From NCBI RefSeq assembly GCF_000299365.1, contig NC_018655.1, forward strand, positions 750,001-782,000: a DNA stretch of 32,000 nt. The letters run 5' to 3'. Position 1 is the first letter of the stretch; every line of letters begins with the position of its first letter. The translations under genes were made by a program, and so were the position numbers. This stretch comes from Candidatus Nitrosopumilus koreensis AR1 (GTDB taxonomy: Archaea > Thermoproteota > Nitrososphaeria > Nitrososphaerales > Nitrosopumilaceae). The notes under the pieces are model-generated. The model was not told where the DNA came from. It saw nothing but the letters and a program-made list of their open reading frames with translations, and did no database searches. Below are positions 24,864 through 32,000 of the stretch, in pieces.

Positions 24864-24981
24864 TTTCTGTCATATAGTAATGTAATTCAGTATAACATTC
24901 TACACAATATTCTTCATAATCAGTATGATCGCAATCATATACTTTTTTTACATCATTGTTACATTTTGCACAAATTGGCAT
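24844..24981 (-). CDS. Small zinc-ribbon protein (45 aa)
   Basis: My own translation from the ATG at 24981: MPICAKCNNDVKKVYDCDHTDYEEYCVECYTELHYYMTESENNAN (CxxC...CxH...CxxC). It fills an otherwise unannotated gap within a same-strand gene run. Confidence 0.45.
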   Translation of the reverse strand: MPICAKCNNDVKKVYDCDHTDYEEYCVECYTELHYYMTESENNAN

Positions 24982-24992
24982 GATGTTATCAA

Positions 24993-25382
24993 TTAAGATT
25001 TTGTAATTTTAATTCCGCCCAAAGCCAATTGGACAATGGCGGGGATAAATAACATTGCAGTTGATGCCACAGGATCTCTATCTGAAGACTCTGCTGCAGG
25101 TGCAGGATTTGCTAAAACAACAACTCCTCCAACTATAATTAAAATTCCTGAAATAATGATCATAATTCCTAATCCTTTTGATGGTTCTTTTCTAGAAATG
25201 AAAAATGCAATAATTGGCAAAATCAATGCAGGTCCACCCAGACCTATGCCTCGTTGCATGTGATCAAGTGGCAAAAACCCATTATCACTATCTGAAGACA
25301 TTGCAACTGCTACATCTGCTGCATAAATTACAAGTAATCCTATTGCGATTCCTGTAATGATTAATGCTGCACTTAATGCCAT
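24993..25382 (-). CDS. Hypothetical integral membrane protein (about 4 TM helices)
   Basis: 129-aa ORF with four hydrophobic Gly/Ala/Ile-rich segments and an ATG start. Confidence 0.6.
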   Translation of the reverse strand: MALSAALIITGIAIGLLVIYAADVAVAMSSDSDNGFLPLDHMQRGIGLGGPALILPIIAFFISRKEPSKGLGIMIIISGILIIVGGVVVLANPAPAAESSDRDPVASTAMLFIPAIVQLALGGIKITKS

Positions 25383-25412
25383 GTTGATTTTTTCCCTTCA
25401 CAACTAATAAAC

Positions 25413-26570
25413 CTAATCAGCAGATTGAACTACTGCTCTGGGTTTTATGGTTTCTAATTTTTCAAGTAACTCTTCAACGGATTCATTATTTCCTGCAATG
25501 AGATTAAAATGACCTAGTTTTCTCATAGGTTTGGAAATTTTTTTACCATACATTTTGAGAAACAGGTTTTGATCAGGAATTACTAATGGTTTGTATTCCC
25601 CTTGAAAAGATTTTGCGCCTAGTATGTTATACATAATTGTTGGACGTAAAAGTTTGGTACTGCCAAGTTCTAATCCCAAAATTGCACGCAAGTGTTGTTC
25701 AAACTGAGATGTTTCACTTGACTGTAAAGTGTGATGTCCGGAATTATGTACTCTTGGTGCAATTTCATTAATTACAATTTGATCATCTTGTGTTACAAAC
25801 ATTTCAATCCCAAATACCCCTGCACCTTTCAATACATCCATAGTTTGATTGGCAATCTTTTCAGCTTTTTGAGTTACATCTGCAGAAACTCTTGCAGGAG
25901 CAATTGTTTCACGTAAAATATTTTCTTCATGAATATTTTCAACAAGAGGAAATGTTGTGATTTGACCTTTTGTATTTCTAGCTGCGATTACTGAGACTTC
26001 CATTTTGAACGGAACAAATTTTTCTAACATTAATTTCTGACCTTTAAAATAATCAAATGATGTTTGAATCATATCTTCTGAATCAATCTTGAAATTGCCT
26101 CTTCCATCATATGCATCTCTTCTTGCTTTTAGCAAAGCAGGATATCCAAATTGTTTCAAACCCTCTTTAACATCTTCGATATTTGAAACCTCTATAAATT
26201 CAGGAACAGGAATGTTGTGTTCTTTTAGAAATGTTTTTTGCAAAAATTTGTCTTGAATTGTATGCAATGTCTCTGGAGAGGGATTAATTTCCGCATTTTT
26301 CTCAACAGATTTTAACACATCGCTGTCTCCTGATTCAATTTCATATGTGATGATGTCTGATTTTTTTGATAATTCAACTATGGCATCTTTTTCCTTAAAA
26401 TCTGCTATAATTTGCTCAGCTCCAACTTGTGCAGCAGGACAATTTTCAGTAGGGTCTAACACTATAACTTTTGAAACATATTCTGGCATTTTTTTGGCAG
26501 CCTCGGTAATCATCATGCCAAGTTGTCCCCCTCCAATAATCCCCAAAATTTTTGCCATTGCCTCATTCAA
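25413..26570 (-). CDS. purK: N5-carboxyaminoimidazole ribonucleotide synthase (ATP-grasp)
   Basis: ILGIIGGGQLGMM N-terminal motif, ATP-grasp core, NEIAPRVHNSGH block. Confidence 0.9.
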   Translation of the reverse strand: MNEAMAKILGIIGGGQLGMMITEAAKKMPEYVSKVIVLDPTENCPAAQVGAEQIIADFKEKDAIVELSKKSDIITYEIESGDSDVLKSVEKNAEINPSPETLHTIQDKFLQKTFLKEHNIPVPEFIEVSNIEDVKEGLKQFGYPALLKARRDAYDGRGNFKIDSEDMIQTSFDYFKGQKLMLEKFVPFKMEVSVIAARNTKGQITTFPLVENIHEENILRETIAPARVSADVTQKAEKIANQTMDVLKGAGVFGIEMFVTQDDQIVINEIAPRVHNSGHHTLQSSETSQFEQHLRAILGLELGSTKLLRPTIMYNILGAKSFQGEYKPLVIPDQNLFLKMYGKKISKPMRKLGHFNLIAGNNESVEELLEKLETIKPRAVVQSAD

Positions 26571-26583
26571 ATTTATCGAATAA

Positions 26584-26601
26584 AAATAGCTAATGCTATT
26601 T
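26584..26601. promoter_or_regulatory. Perfect palindrome AAATAGC-TAAT-GCTATTT between divergent purK and purE
   Basis: 7-bp arms with a 4-nt spacer, read directly. It sits in the 84-bp purK/purE intergenic region. Confidence 0.25.
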
Positions 26602-26654
26602 ACAATTTTTTGATAATAGTTATTGTTAATTACTCTCTAGTTTTTTCTAATATT

Positions 26655-27230
26655 GTGACATATTCAAAAAAACCATTGATTGGAATAATCATGGGATCTG
26701 GTTCTGATAGCAGGATCATGAAAGGAGCAGCTGAGATTTTTGATAAATTTAAAATTAAACATGAGGATCAAATCATTTCTGCACATAGAACTCCTTCAAG
26801 ATTAGCAGAGTATGCACAACATGCTGAAAAAATGGGGTTTAAGGTAATTATTGCAGGCGCAGGTGGAGCTGCACATTTGCCAGGAATGATGGCATCTCAC
26901 ACAATTATCCCTGTAATCGGTGTGCCCATTCTAGTATACAATGATAAACATCCGAAAAAGACAGATACGGCAAAATTTTCTGCCTTTGGAGGGTTGGATT
27001 CATTGTTGTCAATTACTGAAATGCCTTCAGGATCTCCTGTTGTTTCAGTAGGAGTGAACAAAGCTGGAAATGCTGGAATATATGCAATGAAAATTCTTGC
27101 AAATGAATTTCCAGAATTAAAAAAGAAATTAAAACAACACAAATCAGATCAACATCAATCGGTTCTCAAAGAATCAGAACAATTGAAAAAAGAAGGATTA
27201 TCTAAATTTACAGAAAAGAAATTCAAATAA
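26655..27230 (+). CDS. purE: N5-carboxyaminoimidazole ribonucleotide mutase (class I PurE)
   Basis: IGIIMGSGSD, SAHRTP and AGGAAHLPGM blocks. I prefer the GTG at 26655 over the track start at 26523, which would overlap purK and adds a non-PurE leader. Confidence 0.85.
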   Translation: MTYSKKPLIGIIMGSGSDSRIMKGAAEIFDKFKIKHEDQIISAHRTPSRLAEYAQHAEKMGFKVIIAGAGGAAHLPGMMASHTIIPVIGVPILVYNDKHPKKTDTAKFSAFGGLDSLLSITEMPSGSPVVSVGVNKAGNAGIYAMKILANEFPELKKKLKQHKSDQHQSVLKESEQLKKEGLSKFTEKKFK

Positions 27231-28439
27231 TCAAGTCAATAACGTAAACTGAACGTTCTTCTTTCGTAATACTTCGATTAATGCATCTGCTTGTTCTTTT
27301 CCCTGAGTTTCCAGATTCATAGTAACTGAGGCTGAACCTGCACTGACATTTGAGCTCAGTCTATCATGAACAACCTCAACGATGTTTGCATTGGCAAGAG
27401 TGATTTCATCAACAATTTCTTTGAATGCTCCTGGCCTGTCAGGCAACAAAATTGATATTTTTAACAATCTACCCATAGCTGCTAACCCTTTATCTACAAT
27501 CTGTCCTAAAAGATACATGTCTACATTTCCTCCAGCTAACACTGTAACTACTTTTTTACCTGGCGCTGGTTTTTTTGAAATCAGATATGCAAGACTTGCA
27601 GCTCCTGCAGGTTCCACTACAAATTTCATTCTCTCCATTAACAGAAACATTGTTTTTGTAATTTCAGCATCGTCTACAAGAACAACTTCGTCAATCAATT
27701 CTTTAATTATGTTAAATGTAAGTTGGCCGGGAATTTTTACAGATATGCCATCTGCAATTGTTCTTGCACCGCCACTTGCAGTTATTGCACCTTGTTTAAC
27801 TGATTCATACATTGACGGAAATGATCTTGATTGCACTCCAACCACTCGTACGTTTGGATTTTTTTCTTTGATTGCAATTAGGATCCCTGCCGCCAACCCT
27901 CCTCCACCTATTGGAATATAAACTTCATCAACGTCTGGCAAGTCCTCTAGTATTTCTAATCCGATAACACCTTGCGCTGCAATGATTTGAGGATCATCAA
28001 ATGCGTGTATCATTGTAGCACCTGTTTCCTTGGCAATTTCTTTTGCCTTGGCAGATGATTCATCATAGTTGATCCCCTCTAAAACCACATTTGCGCCATA
28101 GCCTTTTGTTGCTGCTACCTTTGCAGGAGATGCATTCTTTGGCATGACAATTGTACATGGTATGCCTTCAAGGGAGGATGCAAATGCGACACCCTGTGCA
28201 TGATTTCCTGCAGATGCAGCAACTACACCATGTTTTTTTTCATCTTCAGATAATGATTTTATTTTGTAATATGCACCACGGATTTTAAACGATCCAGTTT
28301 TTTGTCTAAATTCTGCTTTGAGATAAACCTCAGATTCTGTAATATCACTAAAAGTAGGCGAATGGATTAACGGAGTCTTTTTTATTTTATCTCCTCGCAT
28401 AGAATTTGCTTTTTGTATTTCCTCAAATGTTGGATTCAT
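27231..28439 (-). CDS. ilvA: Threonine ammonia-lyase (threonine dehydratase) with a C-terminal ACT-like regulatory domain
   Basis: TGSFKIRGA PLP-lysine block, SAGNHAQGVA and GGGGL blocks, about 400 aa. Confidence 0.9.
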   Translation of the reverse strand: MNPTFEEIQKANSMRGDKIKKTPLIHSPTFSDITESEVYLKAEFRQKTGSFKIRGAYYKIKSLSEDEKKHGVVAASAGNHAQGVAFASSLEGIPCTIVMPKNASPAKVAATKGYGANVVLEGINYDESSAKAKEIAKETGATMIHAFDDPQIIAAQGVIGLEILEDLPDVDEVYIPIGGGGLAAGILIAIKEKNPNVRVVGVQSRSFPSMYESVKQGAITASGGARTIADGISVKIPGQLTFNIIKELIDEVVLVDDAEITKTMFLLMERMKFVVEPAGAASLAYLISKKPAPGKKVVTVLAGGNVDMYLLGQIVDKGLAAMGRLLKISILLPDRPGAFKEIVDEITLANANIVEVVHDRLSSNVSAGSASVTMNLETQGKEQADALIEVLRKKNVQFTLLT

Positions 28440-28627
28440 TAGAAATGATGCTAAGAAAACGATGTATTTGACTTCTTCTATACAAAAATTATTTTTTTTG
28501 TCAAATTTTATGCGTAAATTTCTAGGAATGCCTAAATACTTGGGAGGTTTCGTTGAAATTATATCAAGGAATCAGATACTCCCCTTTGAGAAAATTTCTC
28601 ATTTTCTGGTTCCTTGGTCTTCGTTTA

Positions 28628-29476
28628 TCAAATAATTATATTTGCAAATTCATCTAACCGTTTGATTATGTTTTCTTTTGTTGAATCCGACATTTTTCTC
28701 GGATCAAACAATCCTTCTCTAGTATTATTTTTTACAAACTCTAAATCAAATGTACATAAACATCCTTCTTCACCAGTAACAAGTTTTGAATCATCAATTA
28801 ATACAGGTGTTATCTGATATGTTTCAACTAAAAGAGAATCTAATTCATTAAACAATTGTGTCTTTTTTTCAGATAGTTTTTGAAAGTCTACACCAGACTG
28901 TTTCTCAATTTCTGCAAAGACTTTTTCTCTAAACTCATCATTTTCATAAAACACTTCAAATAGTTTTTGATGATCAAAGTCTTTGTACCCCATTTCTTTT
29001 AGTTTATCCAAAACAAACTGATCACTATTGTCTGAAAATTCCTGTTCTTTGTTTTTTGTAATATCGATAATCGTTGATAATTCCTTTTGACAATCGATTA
29101 CCCTTTGAATCGGTTTGTAATATAGCAAAACATGGAATTGAATGGAAACATGTCCTGAAATCAAATAATTTCCCTCCATGATTTCAAATTTCATAAAAAT
29201 TCTCCTAATGTCTTCATTGTTAGATATGGTTACATCCTGAATAGACCAGTTTTTCAGATTTTTACTGATGTCTTGAAAATAGTCCATTACCAGTTTTGGA
29301 TCAAATGTTTTTTGTTCAGATACTGTGGAATCGCCCAACATCACTTTGACATCGATCATTTTTGTCATGTCAGAAATTTTTGCAAGGAATGATTTTTGAA
29401 TTTCTTCATTCTTTTTATTCAAAAGTTGAATGAATTCATTTTGAGATCTTGCACCTAAACGCACATGAATTAGCAA
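28628..29476 (-). CDS. Hypothetical protein, divergent from the cyclase operon
   Basis: 282-aa ORF with a TTG start, no TM segment and no recognised motif. Confidence 0.55.
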   Translation of the reverse strand: MLIHVRLGARSQNEFIQLLNKKNEEIQKSFLAKISDMTKMIDVKVMLGDSTVSEQKTFDPKLVMDYFQDISKNLKNWSIQDVTISNNEDIRRIFMKFEIMEGNYLISGHVSIQFHVLLYYKPIQRVIDCQKELSTIIDITKNKEQEFSDNSDQFVLDKLKEMGYKDFDHQKLFEVFYENDEFREKVFAEIEKQSGVDFQKLSEKKTQLFNELDSLLVETYQITPVLIDDSKLVTGEEGCLCTFDLEFVKNNTREGLFDPRKMSDSTKENIIKRLDEFANIII

Positions 29477-29535
29477 ATTATTGTTCTCCTTAAACCTTCA
29501 TCAATATCTAAATACATAATGAGGGAATTCTAGGC

Positions 29536-29658
29536 GTGGAGAATTCAGAATATAGATGTGATGATTGTGATGGAGAGATTACAGAATATTATCATGAAGG
29601 ATATAAGGGAAAAAGAGGAAAATGCCTTGATTGTGGTCAAGAATTCCCCTTGGAGTAG
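29536..29658 (+). CDS. Small zinc-ribbon protein (40 aa) immediately upstream of the cyclase
   Basis: My own translation from the GTG at 29536: VENSEYRCDDCDGEITEYYHEGYKGKRGKCLDCGQEFPLE (CxxC...CxxC). It ends 6 nt before the cyclase ATG. Confidence 0.4.
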   Translation: MENSEYRCDDCDGEITEYYHEGYKGKRGKCLDCGQEFPLE

Positions 29659-29664
29659 AGCGAC

Positions 29665-30480
29665 ATGACAGAAGAAAACACGGTAAAAGAATCTGACAAT
29701 GTGAAAGAAAAATCAAGTTCCGACCAAAAAAATGAATTGGTAGATATGTTGCTAAGTTCTGCATCTGAAAAAACATTGGATTCAGAATCTATGATTTTAG
29801 AAACTCAAAAACGAGTTTGGGGTGCGTTGAAAAAAGGCTACCAATACTTGGGCGTTGTCAATGAATCAGACAAATTTTTGAGGAAAAATGTATTTTCTAA
29901 ATTGGATCTTGTTGTAATCTATGTTGATTTGGTAGGTTCAACAACCATGACACTGGAAATGCCTGAAGAGAAAATTGCAATCATAATTAGCTCTTTTGCA
30001 CAAGAGATGGCAGCAGTGATACGACAGCATGAAGGATATGTCTTAAAATTTGTAGGAGACGCAGTTATAGGATATTTTGATGCACAAAGTAATGGGTTAC
30101 TTGCATCAGATAATGCAGTTAATTGTGCAAAATCTATGATTTCAGTAATCCAAAAAGGAATTAATCCAATTCTTAATCAGTATGATTACCCTGACCTGAT
30201 GGTAAAAATTGGTGTTGATTTTGGACAAAATATTGTAGTAAGATATGGTGCTGATGAAAACCAGTCACAGGTAGACATAATTGGTCCTGCCATGAATATT
30301 GCGGCTAAAATTCAAAACATGGCAAAGCCTAATCAGATTTTAATTGGAAATGATGTATACAAAAGATTGCATCCTAACTCTCAAAGAGAATTTGCTGAAG
30401 TGGTGTGGAAAAAAGATGAATGGCGATATCGTTCCAGAATTACTGGAGAACTTTACAAAGTTTATGAATTCAAAGGATAA
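29665..30480 (+). CDS. Class III nucleotidyl (adenylate/guanylate) cyclase domain protein
   Basis: IYVDLVGST (first metal Asp), KFVGDAVIGYF (second metal Asp), VKIGVDFG and DIIGPAMNIAAK match the class III catalytic core. There is an N-terminal extension of about 85 aa. Confidence 0.8.
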   Translation: MTEENTVKESDNVKEKSSSDQKNELVDMLLSSASEKTLDSESMILETQKRVWGALKKGYQYLGVVNESDKFLRKNVFSKLDLVVIYVDLVGSTTMTLEMPEEKIAIIISSFAQEMAAVIRQHEGYVLKFVGDAVIGYFDAQSNGLLASDNAVNCAKSMISVIQKGINPILNQYDYPDLMVKIGVDFGQNIVVRYGADENQSQVDIIGPAMNIAAKIQNMAKPNQILIGNDVYKRLHPNSQREFAEVVWKKDEWRYRSRITGELYKVYEFKG

Positions 30481-30492
30481 TGTGGTTTTTAA

Positions 30493-30639
30493 TTATACTG
30501 TAAATTTATCAGGGCATTCAACATGCTCATAATGATGTTCGGTGAATTTTTCCTGAACAACGTAGATCACAATCTTGTGTAGATCTTTTTCTGCAATGTC
30601 TTTCTTGCATTTCAAACAAGTCTTTTTCATTTCTGCCAT
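30493..30639 (-). CDS. Small CxxC protein (48 aa)
   Basis: My own translation from the ATG at 30639: MAEMKKTCLKCKKDIAEKDLHKIVIYVVQEKFTEHHYEHVECPDKFTV. It is below the track cutoff. Confidence 0.35.
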   Translation of the reverse strand: MAEMKKTCLKCKKDIAEKDLHKIVIYVVQEKFTEHHYEHVECPDKFTV

Positions 30640-30776
30640 GCGTACCAGCGATCTAAACTGGGAATCTATAAGGATCTGCGATCAGCTCAAATTGAGCAAA
30701 AACGACTCAGATTTTACAAAACCGTATATCAAATGCCTAAAGCAAGGCAGAAATAGAGCAAATTCAAACCAAATTT

Positions 30777-31148
30777 GTGGAAAACATGATACACAAACAC
30801 CTACAGGACCTTTACGGATTAAATCCAAACATCCCACATGTAGCGTTACAATTTCCTCGATTACCACCAGGATTAACACATCCAATGTTTAAGATTCACA
30901 AAAATCCTGCCAAAGAACAATTTTCACGAGATGTAGAAACAATTAATCAAAAACTTCAAGGATTCCAACATCTGTACCAACAATATGCTGCAAGTTTGTT
31001 ATCAGGAAACCAAATAATTCCTCCAGGTCATCCATTATATACAAAACAACACTCTCTTCAAACACTTCAAGATGAAAACAGTAAACTGTTAAAAGAAAAC
31101 AACGAATTAAAGAAAAAACTAGAAAACAAATCAAAAAAACAAGATTGA
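30777..31148 (+). CDS. Hypothetical Gln/Pro/His-rich protein with a C-terminal coiled coil
   Basis: 123-aa ORF with a GTG start at 30777 or an ATG at 30786. The competing 30575..30892 ORF has an off-frame-like Ser/Thr-rich composition. Confidence 0.45.
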   Translation: MENMIHKHLQDLYGLNPNIPHVALQFPRLPPGLTHPMFKIHKNPAKEQFSRDVETINQKLQGFQHLYQQYAASLLSGNQIIPPGHPLYTKQHSLQTLQDENSKLLKENNELKKKLENKSKKQD

Positions 31149-31204
31149 AAAAATATCTCGGCTTGCAAAATCAGTAAGAATCCTTATTAATTCCAAACCC
31201 AATT

Positions 31205-31597
31205 TTGTGTATGGTCAAAACTCCTGCAGACAAATGGAAATCAACCATAATAAAATACAGGAAACAGTGTCAAAAAATTTTAGAGATATCTCAAAGTGTA
31301 AGATACGCAGGAGTTATCAACGTCTATGGTAGAACCTTAGCTGGAATTGTTCAACCAAATCTTAAACCATTACTAAAATCTGAACAAGTAAAAAATGAAT
31401 TTTTTATTATCTCAACTCTAATGTCTTTACGAAAAAATACAGCAAGTACTGTAGGGAAATTAGAATATGTCATATTGCAACATCAGAAAGTTACAATACT
31501 CATTCTACAAAAAAATGACCTTACATATTATGTTTCAATCAATAGAAAAGAAAAAGACTTGAAGAAGATTATTTCTTCAATAAAGAAAATAGTCTAA
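31205..31597 (+). CDS. Hypothetical small protein, possibly Roadblock/LC7-like (thaumarchaeal paralogous family)
   Basis: The pattern VRYAGVINVYGRTLAG...KLEYVILQHQKVTILIL resembles a small-protein family I recall from thaumarchaea. The fold assignment is unverified. Start is TTG 31205 or ATG 31211. Confidence 0.5.
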   Translation: MCMVKTPADKWKSTIIKYRKQCQKILEISQSVRYAGVINVYGRTLAGIVQPNLKPLLKSEQVKNEFFIISTLMSLRKNTASTVGKLEYVILQHQKVTILILQKNDLTYYVSINRKEKDLKKIISSIKKIV

Positions 31598-32000
31598 GCA
31601 GGTGTGAATCCGTGATATCCACCAGTTTGTTCCGCTTTATCTGAGAAACTTGGTTCAAACAAGGAAATCAAATAATCATCAGGATCTGAAATTACCGCAT
31701 TTTTTCCTGCATCTTTTTCAACTATCTCGCGATGAATTTTTACTCCTTTTCCTCTCAATTCCTCAACTGCAGATTTTACATCTCCGACCAAAAAACCAAT
31801 TGTAATGCCACTCTCAAGAGCATTTCCATGTTTTTCAGTTATTGAAGCAGGGTGCAAGCTCAACAAAGCTCCTGAAGTGCCCAAATCTACCCATGTTCTT
31901 CTTTGATTTTTTATTGGCAGTCCAATAACCTCATTGTAGAACTGAACTGATTTGTCTAGGTCTTTTACAGCCAGAATGACATTTCCGACTTTTTTAATAT
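31594..32000 (-). CDS. VOC/glyoxalase-family protein (5' end lies outside the window)
   Basis: The frame is open to the window edge and reads IKKVGNVILAVKDLDKSVQFYNEVIGLP, a typical VOC N-terminus. The track's TTG start at 31884 is therefore internal. Confidence 0.75.
   Translation of the reverse strand, partial: IKKVGNVILAVKDLDKSVQFYNEVIGLPIKNQRRTWVDLGTSGALLSLHPASITEKHGNALESGITIGFLVGDVKSAVEELRGKGVKIHREIVEKDAGKNAVISDPDDYLISLFEPSFSDKAEQTGGYHGFTPA

Noticed and set aside
26523-26654. The track's long N-terminal extension of purE, which overlaps purK
   Set aside because: The extension (MSPSNNPQNFCHCLIQIYRIK...) is not PurE-like and would overlap the purK 5' end and the shared promoter region. 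The conserved PurE N-terminus begins near the GTG at 26655.
27382-27921. 179-aa plus-strand ORF in the track
   Set aside because: It is entirely antisense to the well-supported ilvA CDS. Its Ser/Thr/Pro/Ile-rich off-frame composition is typical of the shadow frame of a real gene.
29665-30480. Classifying the cyclase as a Pycsar or CBASS-type antiphage cyclase
   Set aside because: No adjacent effector with a cNMP-binding, TIR or TM domain is present. The Lys/Asp pair looks adenine-type rather than pyrimidine-cyclase-like. The Pycsar/CBASS label is therefore unsupported by sequence alone.
30575-30892. 105-aa plus-strand ORF overlapping both the 48-aa micro-ORF and the 123-aa ORF
   Set aside because: The first half is antisense to the CxxC micro-ORF. 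The second half is an out-of-frame, Ser/Thr-rich reading of the 123-aa ORF. There is no independent support.
1-32000. Search for tRNA, rRNA, C/D-box sRNA, IS elements and prophage hallmarks
   Set aside because: No GC-rich tRNA-like segments were seen, and no RUGAUGA...CUGA pairs in the intergenic gaps I read. No transposase, integrase, capsid or terminase-like ORFs were found. The scan was by eye only, so small RNAs could have been missed.

Overview
This is a strongly AT-rich, very gene-dense archaeal window. Gene content fits a marine ammonia-oxidising thaumarchaeon (Nitrosopumilus-like): type II archaeal GAPDH, a thiolase/DUF35 pair, an Hjc-like resolvase, and many secreted and small zinc-ribbon proteins. 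That assignment is inference and needs a database search. I found no rRNA, tRNA, CRISPR array, transposase or integrase. Housekeeping genes recognised by motifs are bioD (5' truncated), an SPFH/prohibitin protein, long-form HMG-CoA synthase, a DsbA-like oxidoreductase, GAPDH, a CNNM/CorC transporter, thrC, thiolase plus DUF35, an LLM-family oxidoreductase, a sugar nucleotidyltransferase, divergent purK/purE, ilvA and a VOC protein (5' truncated). Items worth a second look: (1) A processive GT2 synthase next to a secreted CE4-like deacetylase, a pairing typical of GlcNAc-polymer systems. The deacetylase carries a perfect 76-bp internal duplication. (2) A block of uncharacterised genes at about 15.7-21.3 kb between thrC and the thiolase. 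It holds an AbiTii-like gene broken at a T9 run, an extended Hjc-like nuclease, two convergent Cys-rich micro-ORFs and a 401-bp non-coding gap. (3) The thiolase is split by a frameshift at an A7 run, which could be a homopolymer error, a -1 slippage site or a pseudogene. (4) A class III nucleotidyl cyclase sits among small zinc-ribbon ORFs and unknown genes, with no recognisable cNMP receptor. (5) An orphan REC-wHTH-triple zinc-ribbon response regulator. (6) At least five plausible CxxC micro-ORFs fall below the ORF-track cutoff. (7) Six convergent gene pairs have abutting or overlapping stop codons. All domain calls come from motif recognition by eye, and no searches were run.
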